From Isurus oxyrinchus (Eukaryota), in NCBI GenBank assembly GCA_026770705.1, contig JANJGN010000004.1, positions 143,158,001 to 143,222,000 of the forward strand: DNA of 64,000 nt, read 5' to 3'. Position 1 is the first letter of the stretch. Every line of letters begins with the position of its first letter. The position numbers and the translations under genes are program-made. Under the pieces are notes generated by a model. That model saw only the letters and a list, made by a program, of their open reading frames with translations. It ran no database searches and was not told where the DNA came from. Shown one piece after another: positions 37,992 through 50,632 of this stretch.

Positions 37992-40900
37992 GGGTAAATT
38001 TTAACATTGAAGTACATGTTTGAGTAACAAAAAATGTTAGCACATTCCAGAATCCAGCTCTATCGTGCCAACTCCTGGCTTTAGGGCATATTCGCTATGT
38101 GTGACCACCTCCAGAGAAGCGGATTCATGATGAGAATATTTAAATTAGTATATTTCTACAATAGTTTAACCAGCATTTAAACTTAACAGCACGTACATGG
38201 ATTTCCCAGGGCTCCAGAAACTCACCATTAAAACCAAGACAAGCAGACTGAATAACAATTTATGGGGTTCATTAAAAGACGGGTATATGACAGTGATAAA
38301 TACACAGTGCCCACAGCTGCTTTCTTGCATTGGAAAAGGGTTTAGTGAGAGGCTAATTTGTGCATGTTGCAGGAACAGACTGCTGTGGAGTGACCTGTAG
38401 GTGGTCAGTAGATAGGTCAGCAGTAGAGGCATCAAGATCCATAGAAGGCATTACCTGCTTAACTGGGTGAAAAGGCAGAGAATAAACTTTGTTCATCTGT
38501 CAGAAGAGCAGTGCTTCCAAAGGCTTGGATTGTAGTGGAAGACAACTGCAGCCTCCTAGAAAAATACCTTAATTGGGATCTCGTGGGTTACACATTACCA
38601 GTGGCAATTAAAATGACCACCGTCCTCAACTTTTTTGCCTCTGGATTCCTGCAGGAGGCTACCAGATCTCCCAGTCAGCTGCACATAAGACCCATCACTG
38701 ATGGCATGTTTTCCAGGCAATTATATCAACTTTCCTTGCAATGGAAGTAGACAGAATGAGCATGTCTTTGGGTCTGTGCCTGATCAGCATTTCACAGGTG
38801 CATAGTGCCATCAACTACATACACACGAATACCTGTCCACCCCCAGATCAGCCAGGAGTATGTGTAAGTCGCAAGGGATTGTATTCATTCAAAGTTCAGC
38901 TGTTGTGCAACCACAAGGAAAGGTTTATGCAGCTGTGTGTTGGATTTCTTGTGAGCTGCTTTTATTGTAATGCAATATAATTTCCCTGACCTCTTTGGAC
39001 CTGCAACCAGACTTGAGGGGTGGCTGCTAGGAAACAAAGAATACTCCCTCCAAACTTGACTGATGATAATCGTGAGAAATTCCATGAAGCCCAAGAGCGG
39101 TGTACCATCAGCTACTTGACCAACAAGTGGGTCATTGAGAAAGCGCTTGGGATGCTCAAGATGCAATTCAGGACTTGCTAACCAGGGACCCCAGAATAAT
39201 TGTGATGTGCTGCACTCTGCTTAACAGGGAGTAGAAAGGAAGATTAGAATTGCAGGTGGAACAAGCCGCTGGTCTTTAAACAAAGCCAATGAAAAGGAAG
39301 TGGAGGCGGAAGATGAAGATGGTGATCCCAAAGGTATACCAGCCACTTAATGCTGCTTGAAATGACAAGGGTTTCCCTTTTCTCATTATAAGGTTCAGTT
39401 AGTCAATGTCATTCAACCAATGTAACAATCACATCAAATAACCACTGTGCCCCACCTCTCTCAGCTCCCCACCCACCATATCACTGACATAAAGCAGTAA
39501 GTAACCATCCACCCATTGCACATTTCCCCATGTTCTCTGTTAATTCATGTCTTCCCATTCATCAATTCATCAACAAACAATTGTAAAAGATCAATAATAA
39601 ATATGTGGAAGGATTGCTATAGAGGCCAGTATTGTAAAGTTTTCTCCTAGGACCCTTGCAGTGAACCTATACAAGGCAAGGGGTTGACACCCACTGAGGC
39701 TAACGGCTGTAAAGGTTGCAGTATAACTCAGAGTTTGCCTCCTTCAGTCAAGAAGGGAGTGAGAGAGAGGGACTTTAACTACATGGGAACAGACTGGGGC
39801 AGGCAGTGGAGCACCAGAGGCATGACACTGTGCCGATACATGCATGTGAAGGCTGCATAGAGGCAGTAAGGCAGTCAAATGATTGAAGAAGACGTTACCC
39901 AATACACAGTATAAGACAACAATTTAGCTTCATAGACATGTGGGAACACCACCACTTGGAAGATCCCCTCCACACTACTCACCTTCCTGACTTGGAATTA
40001 TATCGCCATACCTTCACTGTCACTGGGAGAAAATCCTGGAACTCCCTCCTTAGCAGCACTGAGAGTGTACCTACACCACGTGGACTGCAGCGGTTCAAGA
40101 AGGTAGCTCACCGCCACCTCCTCAAGGGCAATTGGGGATGGGCAATAAAAACTGGCCTAGCCAGCGACACCCACATCCCGTAAATGAATTTTTAAAAAGT
40201 GGAGCAACAGCGTCTCTGAAGATTGCATGTACCAAGGTGGATGGTCACTGATCTGTGCAGAATGCTAGAGGAGGAGTTGAGACCACTGGAGTGTGCTGGG
40301 CACCGGTTGTCTGTTGCAGTGAAGGTGACCCTGACATTCACCTTTTTCACTAGTGTGTCGTTCCAGGAATTGGTTGGGGATATTTGTGGGATCTCATGAA
40401 CTGCTGCCCAAAATTGTGGATGCCTTGTTCAGGAGGGCAGGAATGTACACGAGGTGCTGGACTGATAATACAAGTCAGGCCAAGAGGCAATCAGCAAACC
40501 TGCAACTTCATCATCCACACCAGAAGCAGCTGAAATTCCCCAAGCTGCCATTGGACCAGAGCCAGGCCTCACCCTGTTAATTCCCTGGAATGCCACACTG
40601 TGACCATGGCACAAGGGTCTTGAGAAGCCTATCCCATGTCCATCATCCATCCTTGCTCTACAGTCATCGGCATCCCGTTCACCGGCTCCAGCTACATATT
40701 GCATCATTTGGTAGTGTCTTCCTGGGAGAGTAAAAAATGTGAGATGTTGAAGTAAAGCATAAAACATATGCTGAGATGAACAAATCAAATATAGAGTGCC
40801 ATACTTGCAATGAAGGTCACCTCATGAGACCCCTTATGCAACTGGATGCAGTTACAGATTCAATTCTGTGTTTCTATGGTGTGCTATCCCTGCAGCTGGT

Positions 40901-42450
40901 ACCGATGTGGGGGCAGCCTGCTAGCCTTGCTGCTCCAGTGTATTAGATGTCTGTAGTGAATCATGTCTTGGTTGTGGACCCTGTGAGGGGCCCGGCACAC
41001 GCTCTACCACCTACATCTATGCTTTTATCAGGGCTGGCCGCATTGTTTTGGTCCCTCAGCAGGACTAACGGACTACTATCGAAATTGTGGATATTTTGAG
41101 CACAGCTCTCATCACCTTTAGCCATCCATTCTTCGACCTTTTCATGGTCTGGCACCTGGCAATGGATCCATGTGTCTCTGAGCCATCTCCCCTACCCAGT
41201 ATTCAACACTGCTCAAGCTTGGTGCCACATTGTGGATGCCAATACATCCACTTGGTAGCCTGTCATGTGTGGATCTCTTATGATGGTCACTATTCTCTCA
41301 ATGCAGGAGGCCATGTACTCTTAAACCAGAGACATGGCACCATTCATGGCATGGAAGGACTCCTCCATCATGCTCACATGGGAGTGAAGACCATCTGGGA
41401 ACTCACTTTGCTGATGATTCCTAAGCCTCAACATCTGCATGGAGCTGAGAACTTCTGGGCCATTCCTTACTCTGATGGGACTAGCCGCAATTGTCACCCC
41501 CTTTGTCATCTGCTCCTGCATGTGTGCATGCTCACCATCTGGTGCTACAGTTTCTGAACTGTACATCATGCCATACTGACATGACAGTACCTATGCAGGT
41601 GGACTGATGTGATGGTGTAGTTTTAGATGCTGCCTCCTGTAAGGTTTCTGTAGACTCCAATGCCCTCTGCTGTGCTGCCTCCACCACAGGCCTTGTGGGA
41701 GATACTAAATGCAGTTAATGATATCACTCTGCTACCCCCCCCCCCCCTTCATCCTGCCTTGCAATCAGCATTGACATCATGGACCACACAGCTGCCACTG
41801 AAAAGACAACCAAGAAGAATTTGTGTGCACAGCCAGCACATTCCGCATACTTTCTGGGCTGCACACCTGCTTCACCCTCTGCAAAAGCTTGTCCTCCTGC
41901 CACCCTACCAATCTCTGTTGCCTCCTTCTCTATCTGTGTTATCACTGTGTGGAAGGACAGACCATCACCTCTCCACCTCCACTCTCTTGCATTATGAACT
42001 CTCTTCTCCAGCAACAGCACCAGCTTGCAGTGCTACTCCAGGGAATATGATTCTCTCAAGGTTGCACCAATTTCAATGGTCATCATTGTGCCACTGGGAA
42101 CCTTGCTGCATACATTTATCAATTCTTGGACTATGGTGAGCACCAATGATTGGCCATGATGCTCTGGTGTAACATTACACCCTGCCTTGATGCATACATT
42201 GGTCCTGGTTAAGTCCTTGTTTCTGAGGTCTTCTACCTTGCTGCACGTATCATGGCTGCCATGTGACATGTGGGCTTGCCATCAGGCATGCCACTCAGCT
42301 TGCCTGCCTCACCAAATCATTGAGGCACTTCTGGTACCGTGCCCATATTCATGCCATGGTCTCACAGCTGCTCACTTCATCAACAACCTCCAGCCAGGCC
42401 TTCTTTGTGAGTCTGCCTGGTCTCCTCCTCCATCCTTTAGGAATAGCACC
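37992..42450. mobile_element. PIF/Harbinger remnant(s) 2: transposase on + (38430-39350, second fragment 40250-40560) and Myb/SANT gene on - (~40800-42440)
   Basis: LPVAIKMTTVLNFFASG, SRKGLYSFKVQLLCNH, IEKALGMLKMQFR, and VKVT...GDICGIS. On the minus strand, RPGRLTKKAWLEVVDEVS...QKCLNDL at 42300-42440. TIR-like gggtaaatttt at 37992. Confidence 0.75.
39935..40200 (+). mobile_element. LINE family A 3' end
   Basis: cctgacttggaattatatcgcc...gcagcggttcaagaagg...gggcaataaaaactggcctagccagcgacacccacatccc. Confidence 0.85.
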
Positions 42451-42469
42451 TCTCTCCTTTCCACTTGCC

Positions 42470-42776
42470 TGGATGTGTGTGTCTCCAACAACATTTAAGA
42501 GGCTTAGCACAATTCAGGACTAAGTAGCCAACTTGACTGGGACTCCATCCCCCACCTTAAACATTCATTTCCTTCACCACAAACACATAATGGCAGCAGT
42601 GTATACCATCTACAAAATACTCTGCAGCCACTCACCAAGGCTCCTTCAACAGCACCTTCTAAAGCTGTGCCCTCTACCACTTAGAAGGACAAAGGCCAGA
42701 CACATGGGAAGACCACCAATTGCAGGTTCCCCTCCAAGCCACTCACCGTCCTGACTTGGAATTACATTGCCATTCC
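42470..42776 (+). mobile_element. LINE family A 3' part; its continuation lies at ~50290-50350
   Basis: Ends at cctgacttggaattacattgccattcc. The tail resumes as tcactgttgctgggtcagagtctggaactccc at 50290, matching the uninterrupted copy at 40000-40070. Confidence 0.8.
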
Positions 42777-45343
42777 ATAGAACCATAGAAAAGTTACGGT
42801 GCAGAAAGAGGCCATTCAGCCCATCATGTCTGCACCAGCCAAAAAGAGAAAGAAAAACTAGCTGTTCATTTTAATCCCACTTTCCAGCACCTGGTCCATA
42901 GCCTTGCAAATCACAGCACTTCAGGTGCAGATCCAGGTCCTTTTAAAGAGTTGAGCGCTTCAGCCTCAACCACCAATTTAGGCAGTGAATTCCAGATGCC
43001 CTTGGGTGAAAAGGTTTTTCCTTATGTCCCCTCTAATCCTTCTCCCAATCACTTTAAATCTTTGTACCCTGGTAATTGACCCCTCAGCTTGGGGAAACAA
43101 GTCTTTCCTGTCTACCCTAAATAGGCCCCTCATAATTTTGTATACCACAAATAGGTCATCCCTTAGCCTCCTCTGTTCTAAGGAAAACAACCCTACCCTA
43201 TCCAATCTCTCTTCATCGCTGCAACTTTCAAGTGCTGGCAATATTCTTATAAATCTCCTCTGCACACTTTCTAGAGCATTTATGTCCTTCCTGTAATGTG
43301 GTGACCAGAACTACACAAAATTCCAGCTGTGGCTTAAGCATTTTTACAGTTCCATCAATACATCTCTGCTTTTGTATTCAATACCTCACCCAAAAAAGGA
43401 AAACATTCCTTATGCTTTCTTGACCACCTTGTCCACCTATCCTTCCACGTTCAAGGACCTGTGGACATGGACTCCAAGGTCTCTCACTTCCTCAATCCCA
43501 TTCAGTAACTTCCCATTTATTGTGTTCCCCTGCTTTGTTTGCCCTCCCCAGATGCATGACCTCACACTTTTTCCGGATTGAATTCCATTTGCCACTTCTC
43601 TGCCAACCAAACCATTGATGTCACTCCAGAGTCGACAGCTATCCACTTCACTATCAACTACATGGCTAATTTTTGTGTCATCTGCAAATTTTCCAATCAT
43701 GTCTCCCACCTTTAAATCTAATTCGTTAATATATACAACACACAGCAAGGGCCCCAACACTGAGCCCTGTGGAACACCACTGGAAACTGTTTTCCATTTG
43801 CAAAAACATCCATCAACCATAACCCCTTGTTTCCTGTCACAGCCAATTTTGAATCCAACCTGCTACCTTCCCCTGTATCCCATGAGATCTCACTTTCCTG
43901 ACCAGCCTGCCATGTGGGACTTTGTCAAATGTCTTACTGAAATCCATGTAGACAAGATCCATTGTACTACCCTCATCAATCCTCTTTGTTACTTACTCAA
44001 AAAATTCTAGTAAGTTATCAAGACACGATCTTCCTCTAACAAAACCATGCTGACTATCCCTGATCAATCCGTGCCTTTCTGTGTGACAGTTTATCCTGTC
44101 TCTCAGAATTGTTTCCAATAATTTGCCCACCACTAAAGTCAGGCTGACAGGACTCCTATCCCTCGCACCCTTCTTAAATAATGGGTCAATCCTCTGGGAC
44201 CTATATCTAGTGAGGATTGGAAAATGACCCTCAGAGCATCTGTTATTTCCTCCCTGGCTTCCTTCAACAGCCTGGGATACAAACCATCTGGCCCTGGTGA
44301 TTTATCCAGCTTCAAGGATGCCAACCCCTTCAGTACTTCCTCTTTCACAATGCTTATTGTATCTAATATTTCACACTCCTCCTCTTTAACTGGGATGTCT
44401 GCATCATCCCTCTACTTAGTGAAGACAGAGAAAAAGTACTCATTGAGAACTGTGCCCACATCTTCTGCATCAACCCACAAGTTGCCATGTACATCTCTAA
44501 TAGGCCCTACATTTTCCTTAATTATTCTCTTACTCTTAATGTACTGGTAAAACATCTTCAGATTTTACCTGCCAATATTTTTTGTGTCCTCTTTGCTTTC
44601 CTAATTTCCATTTTCACTTCACCCCTGTAGTTTCTATACTCCTCTAGGCTTTCTACAGTATTAAGTCTTTTGTGACTGTCATAAGCTTGCTTTTTCTTCT
44701 TTATCTTGGCCTGTATGCTTCTGGATAACAAGTACCACCCTTTTTTCTTTGTGGGGACATGTCTATACTGTGCCTTTGAATGCCTGTCACTGATTTGACA
44801 CCATTTTTCCTTCTAATAGTTGTACCCAGTCCACTCTCGCCAGCTCACCTCTCAGCTTTGTAAAATTTGTCTTCCCCAAATTTAGAACTGTTACTCCTGT
44901 TCTTTGTCCTTTTCCACAATGATGCTAAATCTAACTATACTATAGTCACTATCTCCAAAATGGTCCCCCAGTGCTACTTGATCCACTTGCCTGCTTCATT
45001 TCCTAAGGCTTAATTTAGAATTGTGCCCCCTCTCATTAGGCTTGTTACACACTGGCTAAAAAAGTTCTCTTGAATGCAGTTCAAGAATTTTGCACCCTCT
45101 GTGCCCTTCAAACTGTTTGTATCCCAAATGATATTAGGGTAGTTGAAATCCCCAACAATTACTGCCCTATTGTTTCTGCACTCAGGAATCTGCCTACGTA
45201 TTTGCTCTTCTAACTCCCTTCCACTATTTGGGGGTCTATAGTACACGCCTAGCTGTGGCTGCCCCTTATTTCTGAGCTCAACCCCTATGGCCTCATTTGA
45301 CGCTTCATTTAGTATATCATCCCTCCTCATGGCTGTAATTGAT

Positions 45344-46945
45344 AGAAATTAGCATAGGAAGGGAGGAGGTTCTAAGTGGTCTGGCAGGCTTAAAAGGAGA
45401 TAAATCTCCAGGCCCAGATGAAATGTATCCCAGGCTGTTGAGTGAGGCAAGGGAGGAGATAGCAAGGGTGCTGGCAATAATTTTCATTACCTCTCTGGCC
45501 ACAGGAGAGGTGCCAGAGAACTAGAGGACAGCCAATGTGGTACCATTAATCAAGAAGGGAGGAAGGGATAAACCAGGGAACTATAGGCCAGTGAGTCTAA
45601 CCTCAGTGGTGCGGAAACTATTGGAAGCAATTCTGAGGGACAGAATTAATCCACACTTGGAGAGTCAGGGATTAATCAAGGATAGTCAGCATGGTTTTGT
45701 TAAGGGGAGATCATGTCTGACCATATTGATTGAATTTTTCAAATAGTTAACCAAGTCTGTTAATGAGGGCAATGTATTTGACGTAGTCTACTTGGACCTC
45801 AGCAAGGCTTTTGATAAGGTCCCACATGGGAGACTGATACTAAAGGTAAGAGCCCATGGCATCCAAGGCAATTTGGATCCAGAATTGGCTGAGTGGCAGG
45901 AAGCAGAGGGTGATGTTTGAGGGGTGTTTTTGTAACTGGATGCCTGTGTCCAGTGGGGTTCCACAGGGATCAGTGTTGGGTCCCTTGCTGTTTGTGGTAT
46001 ATAAAATTGATTTAGACTTGAATGTAGGAGGGTTGATCAGTAAGTTCACGGATGACACGAAAATTGGTGGGGTGGTAAATAGTAAATATCCCCCTTAGGT
46101 TACAGGAGGATATAGACGGGCTGGTCAGATGGGCTGATCGTGGCAAATGGAAGTTAATCTGGATAAGTGTGAGGTGATGCACTTGGGCAGGACAAACAAG
46201 GCACGGGAATACATGATGAAAGGTAGGACCCTGGGAAGTACCGAGGATTAGAGGGACCTTAGTGTGCATGTCCACCGGTCCCTTAAGGTAACGGGGGTTA
46301 AGAAGGCATGTGGGATATTTGCCTTTATTAGCAGAAGCATAGAATATAAGAGCAGGGAGGTTATGCTGGAACCGTATAAAACGCTGGTTAGGTCGCAGCT
46401 AGAGTATTGAGTGCAGTTCTGGAATCCGCATTATAGGAAGGATGTGCTTACACTAGAGGGCGTACAGAGGAGATTTACCAAGATGTTGCCTGGGCTGGAG
46501 AGTTTTAGTTATGAGGAGAGATTGGATAGACTGGGGCTATTTTCTCTGGAGCAGAGGAGATTGATGGTATATAAAATTATGAGAGGCATAGATAATGTCG
46601 ACAGGAAGGAACTTTTCCACTTGGTGGAGGGATCAATAACCAGGGGGCATAGATTTAAGGTAAGAGGCAGGAGGTTTAAAGGGGATGTGAGGAAGAATTT
46701 TTTTTATCCAGGGCATGGTGGGAATCTGGAACTCACTCCCTGAAAGGGTGATAGAGGCAAAAACCCTCATAACATTTAAGAAGTATTTGGATGTGCACTT
46801 ACGATGCCATGGCATACAAAGCTATGGGTCTAGTGCTGGAAAATGGGATTAGAATAGTTAGGTACTTGTTTGACCAATGCAGACCCAATTGGCCGAAGGG
46901 CCTTTTTCTATGCTGTAGCCCTCTATGACTTTATGGCTCTATGAT
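45344..46945 (+). mobile_element. CR1, 5'-truncated, nested in the endonuclease domain of the antisense CR1
   Basis: [36 protein letters not shown], and tail (ctctatga)n. The host reads continuously across a shared tgat. Confidence 0.9.
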
Positions 46946-47610
46946 TCTTTAAACAATGATGCTATATCTCCACCCTTTTTATACTCCTCTCTGTCCTGCC
47001 TGAAAACTTTATATCCAGGGATGTTCAGCTGGCATTTCTGCCCCTCCTTAAGCCAAGTTTCCGATATAGCGATGATATCATGCTGCCATGTGTCTATCTG
47101 TGCACTCAGCCCATCGACTTTGTTTACTATGCTTCTTGCATTTACATACATACCACTAACACTGCCAAATTCCTGTACTGTACACTTTTTAACATGTGCT
47201 GCTTCTGTCCTTCAGAGTCACTCACTAATTCTCCTTCTCTGTTCCCTGCTCTGAATTTGCCCTCAGGTTCCCATCCCCCTATCAATTTAGTTTAACCCCA
47301 TCAACAGAACTAGCAAATCTCCCTGCAAGGATATTCATCCCAGTCATGTTCAAGTGTAGACCGGCTTGTACAGGTCCCACCTTTCCCAGAACCGGTCCCA
47401 ATCCCTCCTACACCAACTTTCCAGCCACTTGTTTATTCGCTCAATTTTCTTACTGGCTTGCATCTGGGACTGGGCGTAATCCTGATATTACTGCTTTAGA
47501 GGTTCTGCTTTCCAATCTCCTTCCTAGCTCCCTAAAGTGCTTTCAGGATCTCATCCACTTTCCTACCTAAGTCATCGGTACCAACATGGATCACAACCTC
47601 TGGCTGATCA

Positions 47611-49711
47611 CATGCTTGCATATGACCTGGCCTTCCACCTCCATGTGGTAAGATAGAGGTCCAGTCACTGCCTTTACTTCACCTGGTAACCACATCAATC
47701 CTTCTTCAAAGTTCTTCACATATACTGTCTCTCCCACGGTAAATTTCCTCTCATGACTTTGCTAGTCGTGTCTGGTTTTCTGGCTTCTCCTTTCCACCTT
47801 CCCACCTAAATTCAGCATTATTAAGGTCAATCTCAACCTGAGATGGCTTTTCATCAATATCTCCACAGGTGTGACACCTGTGGTTGTGTGAGGGTTGATC
47901 CTGTAATGGAAAAGAAAGCGTGCTAGCTTGGTTGTGAAGGAATCTCCAGTTAGCTTCTTCATGCCAGCCTCGAATATCTGAACCACCCTGTCAACCAGTC
48001 TGTTTGAGGAAGGGTGTTACATTGAAGTTTTTACATGAGTGATACCGTTGAGGCTGATAAACTTTTGAAACTCAGCACTCAGAAATTCCATGCCTTTATC
48101 AGAAATGAGTATTTCAGGTAATCCATTAATGGCAAAACATTGATGTAGCTTCTCAGTTGTAGCAGAAGACGTTGGTGACTTCACCTCATTTATGTCCATC
48201 CATTTTGAGTGGGCATCGACCAGGAAAGGTCCCACATAGTCAGTGTGTAACTGCGCCCACGGTCTTCCTGGCCACTCCCAAGGGTGCAACGGAGCTGTTG
48301 AAGGCAACTTTTGCAGTTGCTGACATTGCACACAACTCTTCACTAAACTCTCTATTTCACCATCCATCCCAGGCCACCATAGGTAGCTGCGTGCTATGGT
48401 CTTCATTCGGGATATTCCTGGATGTGCGCTGTGTAGTTTAAAGTGGCTCCCTTCCCTTTGGAGGTACTATCACTTGTGACCCCCCACAATAAGATGCCAT
48501 CCTGGTTGGTTATTTCATGCCTTCTGTTAAAGTACGGTCTCATTTCGTCAGATTTGGTTCTTGTGACCAATCTTGAAACACTTGTTCTTGTACTTGAGAT
48601 AGGACTGGATCCCAACTTGTCCAGTCCCTGATCTGTCGAGCGCATACCGGTGAGGAATCTAAGAAATTTAACAATAAAACAAGTTCCTGCGGAACTGGGG
48701 TGTGCTCATCATTTTCTTGTAAAGGCAAACTACTAAGTGCATCGGCATTTGCAATTTGATTGCCAGGCCTATGTACAAAAGTATATTCCTACACTGCCAG
48801 GCTTAAAGCCCATCGTCGTATTCTTTTCAAGGCTATGGATGGTATAGCCTTGTCCTCATTGAACAATCCTAGCAATGACTTGTGTTCTGAAACAATTGTA
48901 AAATGGCGGTTGTATATGTACTGGTGAAATTTTTTGTCACCAAAGTTGATTGACAGGCCTTTTTTCTCTATCTGCAAGTATCCCTTTTCTGCTGTGGTGA
49001 GTGTTCTTAATACGCAACCTATAGGCCGTTTCATGCCATCGTCCATCTGATGGGAGAGCACTGCTCCCACTCTGTAGGGGAATGTGTCACATATCAGCAC
49101 CAATGCTTTTGTCTGGTCATAATGCACTCATAGATTGGACAAGTGCAACAATTGTTTCACCTTTATGAAAGCTTCTTTCTGGGGCGCCTCCCTAGACCCA
49201 ACGTTGGTTCTTTTTGAATAGATAGTGCAGGGGGGCCAGCACTGTAACAAATTGGGTAAGAACTGGCCATAATAGTTGATCATTCCTTGGAATGATTTAA
49301 GCTCTGAAGTGTTCTTTGGCACAGGTGCCACTCTTATGGCTCTCACTTTCTCCTGAACCGGGTGGAGGCCCTGTGAATCTACCAGTGACCCAAATAGATT
49401 AACTGCCTCGCTCAGAACATGCACTTTTCTTCTTTTAAATGCACTCCAGCTTGCAAGAAACATTTTAAGACTTCTTCTACATTTTCCAAATGCTTTTTCT
49501 CAGTGAATCCTGTCATCAAAACGTCTTCTAAATAGATTACAACTTGGGGCAGGCCCTGCAGTAAATTTCCCATTGTCTTTCGGAAAATGGCACAAGCTGA
49601 GGAGACGCCGAAAGCCAATAAAGTATGTTGGTACAATCCTTTGTAGGTATTAATTGTGATAAATTCCCAGGAGCCATTATCCAACTCTAGTTGTTGATAA
49701 GTATGACTCAT
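47611..49711 (-). mobile_element. Ty3/Gypsy pol fragment (RT-RNase H-integrase), no LTRs
   Basis: SHTYQQL, FGVSSACAIF, VIYLEDVL (from YLDD); CDTFPYRVGAVLSH (RNase H); YLWWPGMDGEIESLVKSCVQCQ, HTDYVGPF, ISDKG (integrase). The RT-RH-INT order is diagnostic of Gypsy. Confidence 0.92.
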
Positions 49712-50632
49712 TCCCTTTCTGCTTCCAGGGTCCTCAGCTGTGACGTGACCACCTCTCTGAATGCGCTATCCATGTAGCTCTCAGCTTCATGGATGCACCA
49801 CAGTGACTCCAGCTGCTGTTCGTGCTCCGAAACCCAGAGCTCAAGGTTCTGCAGCTGGTGACACTTTCTTCACATGTGGTCATCTAGAACACTGGTAGCG
49901 TCCAAAAATTCCCACGTATTACACGACACCCATTTCACACAGCCAAGCTGTCCTGCCATGGCTTCAATTTACTTCCCTTGCGTTAACTGTATTTTACTTT
50001 GGTTTACTTATGCAACTTTATTTTACCTGGCCTCAACTTAACTTTATTTCCCTATTGCTTATGTGTCTTACTTAAATGTAAGTAGCCCCTTCTTTTAAAA
50101 AGGATGTGTTTTTCTAATTCTCAGCTGTTTGATGACACTCAATAACAGCAGTTTTTTACCAGCCAGTGAACTTAAGTATCTCCTATGATGTTAGGTGCTA
50201 GATGCTGCTGACTGCCTGGCTTGTGGTCCTCCTCTCACACTCTCCTCTAGGTGCTGCTAACTGCCTGCCCCAGGGTCCTCCTCTCACACTCACTGTTGCT
50301 GGGTCAGAGTCTGGAACTCCCTTCCTAACAGCACTGAAGCGCTTGTACCATGATATTAGGCAGAACACAGAGGGAATCCTCCATCTTTTGGTCTATTCTG
50401 CTGACTGCCTCTTGCAACTCTACCTGATTTTCTGTCACCTGTCATTGCATCTCCAGCATGTTTGACAGCGTCGTTTCCAGTGGCTTGTGGTCTGATTCTG
50501 ATTCAGTGGCTGCCTGTTCTCCAGTAGTCCTCCAAGTGCCAGAGACTTGAATTATCACTGACTCCGATTGCTGGGGAGACGTGTCTGTGAGGTGATCACC
50601 CGAATGTGACCCCAAGCCTACTCTACAACTAG

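Larger units (their letters stand above)
42777..50290 (-). mobile_element. Originally near-full-length CR1 (5' UTR, ORF1, EN, RT, tail), interrupted by a + CR1 and a Gypsy fragment
   Basis: Tail atagaaccatagaa at left; RT 43000-44350; EN 45010-45343 and 46946-47151 (YVNARSIVNKVD...IAISETWL); ORF1 esterase 47290-47610; ORF1 N-terminus 49712-49960; duplicated 5' motif ggtcctcctctcacact. Confidence 0.85.

Noticed and set aside
47611-49711. Endogenous retrovirus or intact LTR element
   Set aside because: Motifs are Ty3/Gypsy; no gag, env or LTRs, and several frameshifts.
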